From sequence record DRR723986_6726: a stretch of DNA of 54,375 nucleotides. The stretch is one strand, 5' to 3'. Positions 1 to 9,757 of the stretch are shown here, one piece after another. The position numbers were made by a program, and so were the translations under genes. Under the pieces are notes generated by a model. That model searched no databases. It was not told the DNA's origin and saw nothing but the letters and a program-made list of their open reading frames with translations. Position 1 is the first letter of the stretch, and every line of letters begins with the position of its first letter.

Positions 1-1538
1 TGTACCTCATCGATGAGGTGCACATGCTCAGTGCCAGCAGTTTTAATGCGCTGCTAAAAACGCTGGAAGAGCCGCCGCCTCACGTTAAGTTTTTGCTGGC
101 GACGACGGACCCACAAAAAATTCCCGCGACCATTTTGTCGCGCTGCCTTCAGTTCAGCCTGAAAAACTTAAGTCCTGAACGCGTAGTAGAGTATTTGAAG
201 CAGATACTCGAAAAAGAGCTGATCAGCTTTGACGAGGCAGCGCTGTGGCTGCTGGGGCGCGCCGCCGACGGCAGTATGCGCGACGCCTTGAGTTTAACCG
301 ATCAGGCAATCGCTTTCGGCTCGGGTAAACTCGGCGAGCACGATGTTCGGCAGATGCTGGGCACCATCGATCACGGCGCCGTTTACCGATTAATTTCGGC
401 GCTGTCTAAACGCGATGGGGCCGAATTGTTAGCGATCGTGGCGGAGCTGGCCGAGCTGGGTGTGGATTTTGCCGGCGTTGCCAATGAACTGCTGGTGGTG
501 CTCCACCGCATCGCTATTGCGCAAACCGTTCCCGAGGGGCTGGACAATAGCCTGGGCGATAAACAGAACGTGACGGCACTGGCGGGCGAACTCAGTGCCG
601 AGGAAGTCCAGTTCTATTACCAGATGGCGCTTCAAGGGCGACGCGATTTGAATTTGGCCCCCGAGCTTCGCGGCGGCCTGGAAATGTTGTTGCTGCGTAT
701 GGTGGCCTTCAAACCCGAAGGTGTCATGGCGCCGCCAAGCCAGCCGCTTACTGCCAGCGCCTCGCCCGAGGGGGAGGCTGCCCCCGTAAAAAAGCCGCCG
801 ACGCCGTCTGACGCCGGGGGCGAGCCGGAGGCAGAGCCGAACACTGCCGTTACGGCGGCAGAGCCCGCACCTATTGCCAATGAGGCTCCTGAACAACATA
901 GCCGCGAGGACGAGGCGTCGTCAGTCGACGCTGAGCCGAGCAAACCAGAGCAAGCCTCTGCGCCAATACCGCCACAAGAGGCTGCACAAAACTGTGCGCC
1001 ATCGACCGAGCAAATTGCTGACGCCGTTGAGCATGAGCAAGCAGAAGTTCAGCGGCCGCGTTCAGACGAACCACCGGTGGCAACAGCGTCGGCACCGGAA
1101 GAGGCTGCAGCGGCGGCGCCGAGTGTTGAGCTCGCTGATCTCGATGCCAGGCTATGGCGCGAGCAGTTTGACGCTTTCGCCTTGCCTGGAATGTTGGGGA
1201 GTATTGCCTCGCATTGCCAGCTTGCCGCCAAAGAGGGTAGCCGCCTGCAGTTTGTAATTAGCCAGGGCAATGCGACACTGCTGAATGACCGTCATATCGA
1301 GCGCCTACAAGAGGCCTTGGCTGATTACTTTGGTCAGGCACTTAAGGTGGCAATCGATATCGGTGAGCCCGCGGAGGAGACACCAGCGGAGTACCGCGCC
1401 CGGCGTCTACAAGAGAGACTTGTTGTCGCTCGCCAAGCGATCGAAAGCGACCCCCTCGTGCAGGAAATTATCGCCGAGTTTTCGGCCGAACTAGACCTTG
1501 AATCAATCAGCTTGCCGGAAAAACGTCGTCAAGATTAG
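1..1538 (+). CDS. dnaX: DNA polymerase III subunit tau/gamma (5' end outside window)
   Basis: Reading frame is open from the window start: YLIDEVHMLS (Walker B), FNALLKTLEEPP, TILSRC (SRC motif), GSMRDALSL. A Pro/Ala/Glu-rich linker and a C-terminal tau domain follow. Next genes are ybaB-recR. Confidence 0.97.
   Translation, partial: YLIDEVHMLSASSFNALLKTLEEPPPHVKFLLATTDPQKIPATILSRCLQFSLKNLSPERVVEYLKQILEKELISFDEAALWLLGRAADGSMRDALSLTDQAIAFGSGKLGEHDVRQMLGTIDHGAVYRLISALSKRDGAELLAIVAELAELGVDFAGVANELLVVLHRIAIAQTVPEGLDNSLGDKQNVTALAGELSAEEVQFYYQMALQGRRDLNLAPELRGGLEMLLLRMVAFKPEGVMAPPSQPLTASASPEGEAAPVKKPPTPSDAGGEPEAEPNTAVTAAEPAPIANEAPEQHSREDEASSVDAEPSKPEQASAPIPPQEAAQNCAPSTEQIADAVEHEQAEVQRPRSDEPPVATASAPEEAAAAAPSVELADLDARLWREQFDAFALPGMLGSIASHCQLAAKEGSRLQFVISQGNATLLNDRHIERLQEALADYFGQALKVAIDIGEPAEETPAEYRARRLQERLVVARQAIESDPLVQEIIAEFSAELDLESISLPEKRRQD
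772..822 (+). other. Programmed -1 ribosomal frameshift cassette (gamma subunit)
   Basis: SD-like GGGAGG at 772-777, 10-nt spacer, in-frame slippery heptamer A AAA AAG at 788-794, 7-nt spacer, bulged stem-loop at 802-822, and a -1 frame stop TGA at 809-811. Confidence 0.8.
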
Positions 1539-1547
1539 GAGACCAGA

Positions 1548-1871
1548 GTGAAAGCAGACCTTAATGAATTGATGAAAAAAGCTGCCGAAATGCAGGAAAA
1601 AATGCAACAAGCGCAGCAAGAACTGGCAAATAAAGAGGTGCGTGGCGAAGCCGGCGCGGGCTTGGTGAGCGTGGTAATGACCGGGCGCCACGATGTGCGG
1701 CGTGTGCAAATAGACGACAGCTTGCTCAGCGAAGACAAAGAAGTGCTGGAAGACCTGTTGGCCGCGGCGGTGAATGACGCTGTGCGCAAGGTTGAGGAAA
1801 ACAACAAGGGACAAATGGGCGATATGCTTTCAGGGATGGGAATGCCCGGTAACTTCAAGATGCCTTTTTAA
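1548..1871 (+). CDS. ybaB: YbaB/EbfC nucleoid-associated protein
   Basis: [14 protein letters not shown] and [11 protein letters not shown] motifs, 107 aa, AGGAG RBS, located between dnaX and recR. Confidence 0.95.
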   Translation: MKADLNELMKKAAEMQEKMQQAQQELANKEVRGEAGAGLVSVVMTGRHDVRRVQIDDSLLSEDKEVLEDLLAAAVNDAVRKVEENNKGQMGDMLSGMGMPGNFKMPF

Positions 1872-2473
1872 TGTCGAACTACAGCCCCCTTATCGATGAG
1901 CTGATTGACGCGTTGCGCTGCCTGCCTGGGGTTGGTCCCAAGTCGGCGCAGCGCATCAGCTTTCAATTGCTGGAGCGAAACCGTGGCGGTGCTCAGCGCC
2001 TTTCAGAAGCGCTGCACAATGCCGTTGAAAAAGTAGGGCATTGCCGCAGCTGTCGCACGCTCACCGAAGACCCTGAATGTCGATTGTGTCGCGATCCGCG
2101 GCGCGACCAACACACAATTTGCGTCGTGGAATCACCCGCCGACGTGCTCGCCTTCGAACAGGGCGGGGACTATCGCGGCCTGTATTTTGTGTTGATGGGC
2201 CGACTGTCGCCCATCGATGGCATCGGCCCGGAGGACATTGGCATTGACCGCCTGGTCGAGCGGGTTCAGGCCCTGAACGTCTCCGAATTGATACTGGCGA
2301 CTAATCCCACCGTAGAGGGGGAGGCAACCGCCTTCTATATTGCTGAAGAGATGCGGCGCTTGGGGGTGGCGGTGAGCCGTATCGCCCATGGTGTGCCCTT
2401 GGGTGGCGAACTTGAATATGTCGACAGCGGTACCTTGTCGCATGCGCTAAAAGGACGCCAGCGCTTTGAATGA
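1871..2473 (+). CDS. recR: Recombination mediator RecR
   Basis: [11 protein letters not shown]hH motif, C4 zinc finger (CRSC...CRLC), Toprim region [12 protein letters not shown]. Confidence 0.97.
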   Translation: MSNYSPLIDELIDALRCLPGVGPKSAQRISFQLLERNRGGAQRLSEALHNAVEKVGHCRSCRTLTEDPECRLCRDPRRDQHTICVVESPADVLAFEQGGDYRGLYFVLMGRLSPIDGIGPEDIGIDRLVERVQALNVSELILATNPTVEGEATAFYIAEEMRRLGVAVSRIAHGVPLGGELEYVDSGTLSHALKGRQRFE

Positions 2474-3572
2474 TGCATACCATTATCTGGATTCCAACGA
2501 GCAGCTAGCGCAAGCTTGTAAGCGTTGGCAGTCGGCTGAATTTGTCGCCCTGGACACCGAGTTTATCCGCCGAGATACCTTTTATCCTATTGCAGGTTTA
2601 ATACAGGTAGGCGCGCTTGGCGAGTGTTGGCTGATCGACCCCATCGCCATTACCGACTGGGACGATTTTAATGGGCTTCTCAACAACGCCGGTATTCCTA
2701 AAGTCCTGCACTCGTGTAGTGAAGATCTCGAAGTGTTTCAGCGACTGTGTGGCGCGCTGCCAGCGCCGTTGTTAGATAGCCAAATTGGCGCTGGCCTGGC
2801 GGGCTGGGGAGATGGCCTGAGCTACCAAAAGCTGGTCGCTCACAGCTTGAATCAGCACGTAGAGAAAGGCGAAACACGCTCCAATTGGTTGCAGCGACCA
2901 CTTACCGCGAGCCAATGCCACTACGCGGCGCTCGATGTGGCGTATTTGCAGGATATTTACCCCTTGCTGCGTCAGCGACTCGAGGAGTTGGGTCGGCTGC
3001 CGTGGTGGCAAGAAGATTGTCGGCAACTTATCGAGCAGGCCGATCAGGGCACCCCATCGGATCAGTTTTACCTGCGCAATAAATCGCTTTGGAAACTCAA
3101 CGGCTGCCAGCGTTTGGTACTGCAGCGCGTATGTGCCTGGCGGGAAGAGCAGGCGCGGGAGAGAGATGTGCCACGCGGGCGCATTTTTAAGGATCCAGTG
3201 TGCTTCGAAATTGCTCGCCGCCAGCCGTCCAGTAGCGGTGAATTGGCAAGAATTAAAGACCTGCCCGGTGCATCGCTGCGGCGCTTTGGCGACGACGTGC
3301 TTACTATTGTGCGAGAGGCACGCGAGGAAGATAGCGCTGCACATCCACCGCCGGGCGAACGGCCGTTATCAGCAGAGCAGACGCAATCTTTGGCCGCGAT
3401 GCGTCGCGGGGTAGAGCGTTGCGCTGATTCGCTGGGTATCCCCGCGGGTTTGTTGTGCCGCAAACGTGATATGGAAGAGGTGATCAGGCTTCGTCGCCTG
3501 CCCGATTCGATGACAGCGTGGCGCAAGCAGGTGGTAGGTGAGGTGTTATTGCAAAGTTTGGAGGGGGCGTGA
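2466..3572 (+). CDS. rnd: Ribonuclease D
   Basis: [32 protein letters not shown] and YAALDV (DEDDy exonuclease), plus HRDC region [15 protein letters not shown] start overlaps the recR end. Confidence 0.93.
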   Translation: MNDAYHYLDSNEQLAQACKRWQSAEFVALDTEFIRRDTFYPIAGLIQVGALGECWLIDPIAITDWDDFNGLLNNAGIPKVLHSCSEDLEVFQRLCGALPAPLLDSQIGAGLAGWGDGLSYQKLVAHSLNQHVEKGETRSNWLQRPLTASQCHYAALDVAYLQDIYPLLRQRLEELGRLPWWQEDCRQLIEQADQGTPSDQFYLRNKSLWKLNGCQRLVLQRVCAWREEQARERDVPRGRIFKDPVCFEIARRQPSSSGELARIKDLPGASLRRFGDDVLTIVREAREEDSAAHPPPGERPLSAEQTQSLAAMRRGVERCADSLGIPAGLLCRKRDMEEVIRLRRLPDSMTAWRKQVVGEVLLQSLEGA

Positions 3573-3841
3573 TGCGGCGGATTTGCACCATTTATCGCAG
3601 TGCTAAGCATGAGGGGATGTACCTTTATGTCGACAAGGCGGAAGACACGGAGCGTGTTCCAGAGGCGCTGTTGAAGCGTTTTGGTCAGCCGGAGCGAGCG
3701 ATGACACTGCTGCTCGAAGAGGGTAAAAAGTTAGCTAGAGCAGATGTTAAGGATGTGTTGCAAGCTATTGATGAAAATGGATTTTATCTTCAACTTCCTC
3801 CGCAGCCAGAGGCGCCTCTCTCACCGCGTGAAGATCGGTGA
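3572..3841 (+). CDS. ycgL: YcgL domain protein
   Basis: CTIYRSAKHEGMYLYV ... GFYLQLPP signature; directly follows rnd. Confidence 0.9.
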   Translation: MRRICTIYRSAKHEGMYLYVDKAEDTERVPEALLKRFGQPERAMTLLLEEGKKLARADVKDVLQAIDENGFYLQLPPQPEAPLSPREDR

Positions 3842-4290
3842 TAGCGTCTCGTCATCGCCCATTTTGGGAGGCAAAGTCGCTCGCAGAGATGAGCGACCAG
3901 GAGTGGGAAGCCCTGTGCGACGGTTGTGGCCGCTGCTGCTTGCACAAGCTTGAAGACGAAGATAGCGGTGAGGTGTATTACACCGACGTGTCGTGTCGAC
4001 TGCTCGATGTTGAGCACATACGTTGCCGGGATTACCCGCAGCGCCTGACGCGGGTGCCGGGCTGCCTCGATCTGCGCGAATCACTGCCGGCATTTGCGTA
4101 CAGCCTGCCCAGTAGCTGCGCCTATCGACAGCTTCATGAGGGGCGGCCGCTCGAGCCTTGGCACCCCCTTATTGCCGGTGATCAGCGGCTGATGGAAGCA
4201 TTGGGTGTGTCGGTAAAGGGGCGCTGCGTGAGTGAAGTGACCGTGGCAGATGACGAGCTTGAGGACCATATCATCCGCTGGATTGATTAG
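3838..4290 (+). CDS. ycgN: YcgN family CxxCxxCC cysteine-cluster protein (UPF0260)
   Basis: FWEAKSLAEMSDQEWEALCDGCGRCCLHKLED, LPSSCAYR, WHPLIAG. Confidence 0.9.
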   Translation: MIASRHRPFWEAKSLAEMSDQEWEALCDGCGRCCLHKLEDEDSGEVYYTDVSCRLLDVEHIRCRDYPQRLTRVPGCLDLRESLPAFAYSLPSSCAYRQLHEGRPLEPWHPLIAGDQRLMEALGVSVKGRCVSEVTVADDELEDHIIRWID

Positions 4291-4298
4291 GGATTAGT

Positions 4299-4688
4299 AT
4301 GATTGATAACAATGATTACACACTCGCCTGGCAGGCCTATTGGGCCTTTGGCGTGGTCGCGACTCTGCTTTGGGGCTTGCTGATTCGCGTTTATCGCCTG
4401 TCTGCCGTCAAGTTGTGGGCGTTTCTCGCAGTGGCCTTTTTACTGCTGCTGCCGTGCCGGCACCCCGAAGCGGTGGAACTGTGGATGCCGGCAACCATCG
4501 GTGCGGCGCTAAGTGTGATGACCAGCGGAATTGAATCGGCGATGGCGGCGGTGATTATTGTTGGCGCTGGCCAACTCTTCGCCATTGTTGCGGCAATAGT
4601 ATGGGCACTGGTCGCGCCGCGCTCTGCAAGTTCTGCTCCCGCAGCCGAGAAAGCCGGGGAGCGTGTCGAGCCGAAAGTGTCGGCGTAG
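4299..4688 (+). CDS. Hypothetical small integral membrane protein
   Basis: 129 aa with about 3-4 hydrophobic segments; ATG 8 nt after ycgN with a GGGA RBS. Confidence 0.7.
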   Translation: MIDNNDYTLAWQAYWAFGVVATLLWGLLIRVYRLSAVKLWAFLAVAFLLLLPCRHPEAVELWMPATIGAALSVMTSGIESAMAAVIIVGAGQLFAIVAAIVWALVAPRSASSAPAAEKAGERVEPKVSA

Positions 4689-4726
4689 ATCGGGTGCTGC
4701 CGTTTGCGATGCGCTGCAGGGTGACG

Positions 4727-5689
4727 TCAGCTCTCGATTTCGCTAAAGGCGCCGTCAAATAGTGGGCTGCTGAGGTAGCGCTCCGCCGAATCGGGCAGGA
4801 TCACAACAATGGTTTTGCCGGCATTGTCAGGTTCATTGGCTACGCGCTCGGCAACGGCCATCGCGGCGCCGCTGGAAATACCGGCCAGAATGCCTTCTTC
4901 TTTCATCAGCCGATGCGCCCAGCGCATGGCGTCTTCATCGCTTATCGCTTCAACACGGTCTACCACGCTTAGGTCTAGCGTGTCTGGCAGAAAGCCTGCA
5001 CCGATGCCCTGAACTTTATGCGGGGCGTGCCTGAGTTCTTCGCCGTTGAGTGCATGGCGAATCACCGTCGAGCTCTCCGGCTCCACGGCCACTGAGCAGA
5101 TGGCTTTGTTGCAGTGGTTTTTAATATAGCGAGACACGCCGCTGATTGTGCCGCCGGTGCCGACGCCGCTAACTAAAATATCGATATCGCCGTTGGTGTC
5201 CCGCCAAATTTCCGGGCCGGTGGTCTGTTCGTGAATCGCTGGGTTCGCGGGATTCTTAAACTGCTGCGGCATAAAATAACGCTCAGGGTCCTGGGCGCAA
5301 ATGTCTTCAGCGGCACTGATGGCTCCCTTCATCCCCTTGGCGCCATCGCTTAAATGGAGTTTGGCGCCCAGTGCAATGAGTACTTTGCGGCGCTCCAGGC
5401 TCATTGTGTTGGGCATGGTCAATGTGATGGGGTAGCCCCTAGCCGCGGCGACAAAGGCCAGTGCGATGCCGGTATTACCACTGGTTGGCTCAACAATTTC
5501 CATGCCGGGTTTCAGCGTGCCGCTCTGTTCAGCTTGCCAGATCATATTGGCGCCAATTCGGCATTTCACACTATTGGCAGGATTGCGCGATTCCTGTTTT
5601 ACAAGAATCCGGTGTTGGCTGATTCTGCGTATCTGCACGAGCGGCGTTTCGCCAATGCTGCGGCTGATGTCGTCGAAAATTGCGGTCAT
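4727..5689 (-). CDS. cysK: Cysteine synthase A (O-acetylserine sulfhydrylase)
   Basis: SVKCRIG (PLP lysine), [25 protein letters not shown] (CysK-type). Confidence 0.95.
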   Translation of the reverse strand: MTAIFDDISRSIGETPLVQIRRISQHRILVKQESRNPANSVKCRIGANMIWQAEQSGTLKPGMEIVEPTSGNTGIALAFVAAARGYPITLTMPNTMSLERRKVLIALGAKLHLSDGAKGMKGAISAAEDICAQDPERYFMPQQFKNPANPAIHEQTTGPEIWRDTNGDIDILVSGVGTGGTISGVSRYIKNHCNKAICSVAVEPESSTVIRHALNGEELRHAPHKVQGIGAGFLPDTLDLSVVDRVEAISDEDAMRWAHRLMKEEGILAGISSGAAMAVAERVANEPDNAGKTIVVILPDSAERYLSSPLFDGAFSEIES

Positions 5690-5890
5690 TTTGGGTTTCC
5701 TTGATCCTGGCAGTGTAATGTCACGGCAAATTGTCCTGACTCGATACTATAGCTGGCCGCTGCGACGCTTGCCGTAAGTCGAGCAGCCAAGTAGGCTTCG
5801 CGTTGACTATTAGATAGTGTGGCGCCAGCGCCGCCCAGTGTAATGATCGTCCGGCAATAATAAAACCGGGCGCCCGAGTAGGACGAGTTG

Positions 5891-6736
5891 ATGAAATTTA
5901 CTGGTACTGATTCTTACGTATCCACCGAAGAGCTGAGCATGGCGGTAAACGCCGCCGTCACCCTGCAACGCCCGCTGCTGATCAAAGGCGAGCCCGGAAC
6001 GGGTAAAACCCTGCTTGCCGAGCAAGTAGCGGCGGCAATGGGTAAAAAGTTGATCCAGTGGCATATCAAATCCACCACAAAGGCTCAGCAGGGCTTGTAT
6101 GAGTACGATGCGGTGTCGCGTTTGCGTGACTCGCAACTGGGCGATGACAAAGTGCACGACATTGCCAACTACATCAAGCGCGGCAAACTCTGGGAAGCGT
6201 TTGCCGCCGATGAGCAGGTGGTGCTGCTGATCGATGAAATCGACAAGGCAGACATCGAGTTCCCGAATGACCTGCTGGTCGAACTGGACCGCATGGAGTT
6301 CTTTGTATACGAAACGGGTGAAACCGTTCGCGCCAAGCACCGTCCCATTATCATTATCACCAGCAACAACGAGAAAGAGCTGCCCGATGCCTTCCTGCGC
6401 CGTTGTTTCTTCCATTTTATTAATTTTCCCGATCGCGAAACGATGGAGAAAATCGTGGAGGTTCATTATCCCGATATCTCCAAAACCCTCGTTCAGGAAG
6501 CACTAGAAGTCTTCTTCGATGTTCGCAAGATTCCGGGTCTGAAGAAAAAGCCCTCAACGTCAGAATTGATTGACTGGTTGAAGCTGCTGATGGCCGATGA
6601 CATCCCCGAAGAAATTCTTAAAAATCGCGATGCGAGCAAGGCTATCCCGCCGCTCTACGGCGCATTGCTGAAGAACGAGCAAGACGTTCACCTGCTTGAA
6701 CGGCTGGCCTTTATGCATCGTCGCGAGAGCCGCTAG
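5891..6736 (+). CDS. MoxR-family AAA+ ATPase
   Basis: Walker A GEPGTGKT, Walker B LLIDEIDKA, sensor region TSNNEKELPDAFLRRC. Confidence 0.93.
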   Translation: MKFTGTDSYVSTEELSMAVNAAVTLQRPLLIKGEPGTGKTLLAEQVAAAMGKKLIQWHIKSTTKAQQGLYEYDAVSRLRDSQLGDDKVHDIANYIKRGKLWEAFAADEQVVLLIDEIDKADIEFPNDLLVELDRMEFFVYETGETVRAKHRPIIIITSNNEKELPDAFLRRCFFHFINFPDRETMEKIVEVHYPDISKTLVQEALEVFFDVRKIPGLKKKPSTSELIDWLKLLMADDIPEEILKNRDASKAIPPLYGALLKNEQDVHLLERLAFMHRRESR

Positions 6737-6739
6737 TCT

Positions 6740-7915
6740 ATGTTGGTTCAGTTTTTCTTTGGCCTGCGAAATGCTGGTGTTCCGGCGAGTATTCGTGAAC
6801 TACTCGACTTGATGGCCGGCCTTGAGGCGCGGCTCGCCTTCATGGACGTCGACGAGTTCTATCAGCTCGCTCGCGTCTGTATGGTGAAGGATGAGAAGTA
6901 TTACGATCGCTTTGATAAGGCGTTTGCGCGTTACTTCAATGACCTATCGAGCCTTGACGACGTGATTGAGGCGCTGATTCCCGATGACTGGTTGCGTACA
7001 GAGTTTTTGAAGCAGCTCAGCGAGGAAGAAAAGGCAAAAATCGAGTCTCTGGGTGGCCTCGATAAGCTCATTGAGGAATTTAAAAAGCGGCTAGAAGAGC
7101 AGAAAGAACGCCACGAGGGCGGTAACAAGTGGATCGGCACCGGCGGTACCTCACCGTTTGGCCACAGTGGTTATCACCCCGAGGGCATACGAATCGGTGG
7201 TGAAAGCAAAAACAAGAAAGCCGTAAAGGTCTGGGAGCGCCGCGACTTTCGCGACCTGGATGACTCGGTTGAGCTTGGTACGCGTAATATCAAGATCGCG
7301 CTACGCCGGTTGCGCAAGTTTGCCCGCAGCGGTGCGGCCGACGAGCTGGATATCGACGACACGATATCGTCGACGGCCCGCAATGCCGGTCTGCTGGACC
7401 TGAAGATGGTGCCGGAGCGCCATAACGCCGTTAAAGTGCTGTTGTTCTTTGATGTGGGCGGCTCTATGGACCCGCATATTCGCGTTTGCGAGGAGCTGTT
7501 TTCCGCCGCGCGCAGCGAGTTTAAGCACATGGAGTATTTCTACTTCCATAACTTTCTGTATGAGTCGGTGTGGGACAGCAATGTGCGTCGTCACAGTGAG
7601 CGAATACAGCTGCTCGACGTGATGCACAAATACAGCGCGGACTACAAAATTATCTTTGTCGGCGACGCGTCAATGTCGCCCTACGAGATCGTGCAGCCAG
7701 GCGGCAGTGTCGAGCACTGGAACGACGAGGCCGGGGAGCTGTGGATGCGGCGCCTGCGCGAGACCTTTGACAAAGTGGTATGGCTAAACCCCGTGCCGCC
7801 CGAAGATTGGGGTTGGACACAGTCCATTGGCATGGTTGAGCAGATCATGGAAGGGCAGATGTACCCCATGACTCTGGGCGGCCTCGAAGAGGCGATGGCC
7901 TACCTGGCCAAGTAG
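6740..7915 (+). CDS. VWA (CoxE-like) domain protein, partner of the MoxR ATPase
   Basis: MIDAS-like FDVGGSMD, FVGDASM, WLNPVP, GGNKWIGTGGTSPFG; starts 3 nt after the ATPase gene. Confidence 0.88.
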   Translation: MLVQFFFGLRNAGVPASIRELLDLMAGLEARLAFMDVDEFYQLARVCMVKDEKYYDRFDKAFARYFNDLSSLDDVIEALIPDDWLRTEFLKQLSEEEKAKIESLGGLDKLIEEFKKRLEEQKERHEGGNKWIGTGGTSPFGHSGYHPEGIRIGGESKNKKAVKVWERRDFRDLDDSVELGTRNIKIALRRLRKFARSGAADELDIDDTISSTARNAGLLDLKMVPERHNAVKVLLFFDVGGSMDPHIRVCEELFSAARSEFKHMEYFYFHNFLYESVWDSNVRRHSERIQLLDVMHKYSADYKIIFVGDASMSPYEIVQPGGSVEHWNDEAGELWMRRLRETFDKVVWLNPVPPEDWGWTQSIGMVEQIMEGQMYPMTLGGLEEAMAYLAK

Positions 7916-7922
7916 CGCCGCG

Positions 7923-8708
7923 CTATGCGCCCGCCCTGTTATGGCTAAAGGCCAACAGGGCGGCGGTCACCGCGACATTGAGTGACTCCACGCCATTGGC
8001 CATCGGTATTTGCAGCGCGCAGTCGCTCAGGGCCTGTGTGGCCGGCGACACGCCCTCAGTTTCATTCCCCAATACATAGACTCGGCTAGTGTCAGACTGG
8101 CTTTCGAAGAGCGATTGCTCGGCGTGGGAAGAGAGGCAGGCGATCTCCACCCCGGCTTTTTGGAGGCGCTGCAGTTCGGGTTGAAGTGTGTCGCAGTGAA
8201 AAATAGGGCAGTTGAACAGGGCTCCGGCGCTGGCTTTGATTACCAGCGGTGACAGCGCGGCACAGCCCTTTTTGGGCAGTATTAAGCCATCGATACCACT
8301 TGCCGCCACCGAGCGAATAATCATGCCCAGGTTCTGTGGGTTGTTAACGCCATCGAGCGCGATATAGATACGCCGAGTAGTGGTGTCGCGACTTGCCGGT
8401 ATGTCGCTACAGGGCCGATACGCCTTCAGCTGCAGGTCCGCAGCAACCCCCTGGTCTTGTTTGCCATTTTTCGATATCCGCGACAGGGCGCGGCGCTCGT
8501 GCCAGGCGACCTCAATCCCTTCGCGCTCCGCCGCGTCTACGATTTCATTGACGATGCCGTCGCGTCGATTGCTGTCCGCCAAGTGCAGTTTATAAATGCG
8601 AACTTGTGGGTTTTGTAGCGCCTCGAGCACCGGCTTACGGCCGTAAATAGTGAGCAGCTGTTGGAAAAATTGCTTTTTCTTGAGGTATTGCTGGCGATCT
8701 TCGGTCAT
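7923..8708 (-). CDS. TrmH/SpoU-family RNA 2'-O-methyltransferase
   Basis: IYGRKPVLEAL, LDGVNNPQNLGMIIRS, LGNETEGVS, IPMANGVESLNVAV (SPOUT motifs). Confidence 0.92.
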   Translation of the reverse strand: MTEDRQQYLKKKQFFQQLLTIYGRKPVLEALQNPQVRIYKLHLADSNRRDGIVNEIVDAAEREGIEVAWHERRALSRISKNGKQDQGVAADLQLKAYRPCSDIPASRDTTTRRIYIALDGVNNPQNLGMIIRSVAASGIDGLILPKKGCAALSPLVIKASAGALFNCPIFHCDTLQPELQRLQKAGVEIACLSSHAEQSLFESQSDTSRVYVLGNETEGVSPATQALSDCALQIPMANGVESLNVAVTAALLAFSHNRAGA

Positions 8709-9631
8709 GCGGTCGGCGGATCCTGGTCAGGCTGGGGGTAGCTCAAGGTTGCGGTGGCGGCTTCGCTGATTTCTTTAGCCGCGAGTTTTAGGCGGTCGGC
8801 GATGGCAAGGATGTCCTGCGCCGACACGGGGCGGCGAATACTGCCCGCTGAAATCACCAGTTCCGGCTCTTCACCACTGGCGAAGATAGGCACAGCAATA
8901 TTGGCGACCTGGTACTGGCGGCCCTCTTCAATACGGTCAAGGTGGTAGTGGCTGCGGCACAGCGACTCCCGGTAGTGCTGCACGTGCTCAGCGACTTCCT
9001 CAAGGCTCCAGTTTTCTTTCGGTTTGGCTAATTCCCGCTCCAGCGCGGCCTCTGCCTCGCTAATCAAGGTCACCTCAAAACCGCGAGCACGTATGCCAAT
9101 AACGGAAATTCGCAGTCGTTTATCTAGGTTTTCATCCCACTCGGGCAAATGTGCCTGAGCGCTATCTAACCACTGTTGCAACTTGTTCGGTGACGACCAG
9201 GCGATAAAAGCGGCTCCAAGTGGCGCGGCATTGGGCAGACGCAGGCCTTGGTGGAAAGGAAATTCCAGACGCTCTGGGATGCCGTAATTAGTGAGCAGCA
9301 CGAGCTGGTCGCCGCTTCGTCCCATCAGGCCGCAGCCCAGCTGCAGCTCTTTACTGAGCGCCTCCAGTCGCGGGCGAGCCACTTCAAGCACGGGAAACTG
9401 GGCAAAGGCTGACATGCCAGCGGCGGCGATGCTTGGCCCCAAGCGATAGGCTTTACTGCGACTGTCCTGGGCGAGAAAGCCGTAGCGGGCCATGGTGCTC
9501 AATATGGCGTGGCAGGTGGCCTTGTTCAGGCCCAGTATGCGCGTCAGCTCGGTTAAGCCGTAGGCTTTGCTGGGGTGGCTCATAAACAAGTCCAAAATCG
9601 CTAAGACTCTGGCAGTTGGTTTGGAAAACAC
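8705..9631 (-). CDS. IclR-family transcriptional regulator
   Basis: N-terminal HTH (RVLAILDL...GLTELTRILGLNKATCHAIL...YRLGP) and C-terminal effector domain (IRARGF, IAVPIF, AAKEIS). GTG start with GGGAG RBS. Confidence 0.88.
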   Translation of the reverse strand: MFSKPTARVLAILDLFMSHPSKAYGLTELTRILGLNKATCHAILSTMARYGFLAQDSRSKAYRLGPSIAAAGMSAFAQFPVLEVARPRLEALSKELQLGCGLMGRSGDQLVLLTNYGIPERLEFPFHQGLRLPNAAPLGAAFIAWSSPNKLQQWLDSAQAHLPEWDENLDKRLRISVIGIRARGFEVTLISEAEAALERELAKPKENWSLEEVAEHVQHYRESLCRSHYHLDRIEEGRQYQVANIAVPIFASGEEPELVISAGSIRRPVSAQDILAIADRLKLAAKEISEAATATLSYPQPDQDPPTA

Positions 9632-9727
9632 ACTGTTCTCCCTTGTTATCGTTGTTGGTGGCCTATTCTACGTTATCTGGGCTTGAATGCCTCGGCCTAT
9701 CACGCGCTCCGTCACTGAAAACGAATT

Positions 9728-9744
9728 TGCAAGAAAATGGTGCG
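9728..9744. promoter_or_regulatory. NtrC-like binding site
   Basis: TGCAAGAAAATGGTGCG, 17 bp, resembles TGCACCAAAATGGTGCA. Confidence 0.5.
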
Positions 9745-9757
9745 CTCGCCCCATTTT

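Noticed and set aside
720..1130. Low-complexity Pro/Ala/Glu stretch in dnaX as a possible insertion or repeat
   Set aside because: Normal variable tau linker; no tandem nucleotide repeats or intein motifs.
5810..6466. 218-aa ORF antisense to the MoxR ATPase
   Set aside because: Shadow frame of a conserved gene; no recognisable motifs or RBS.
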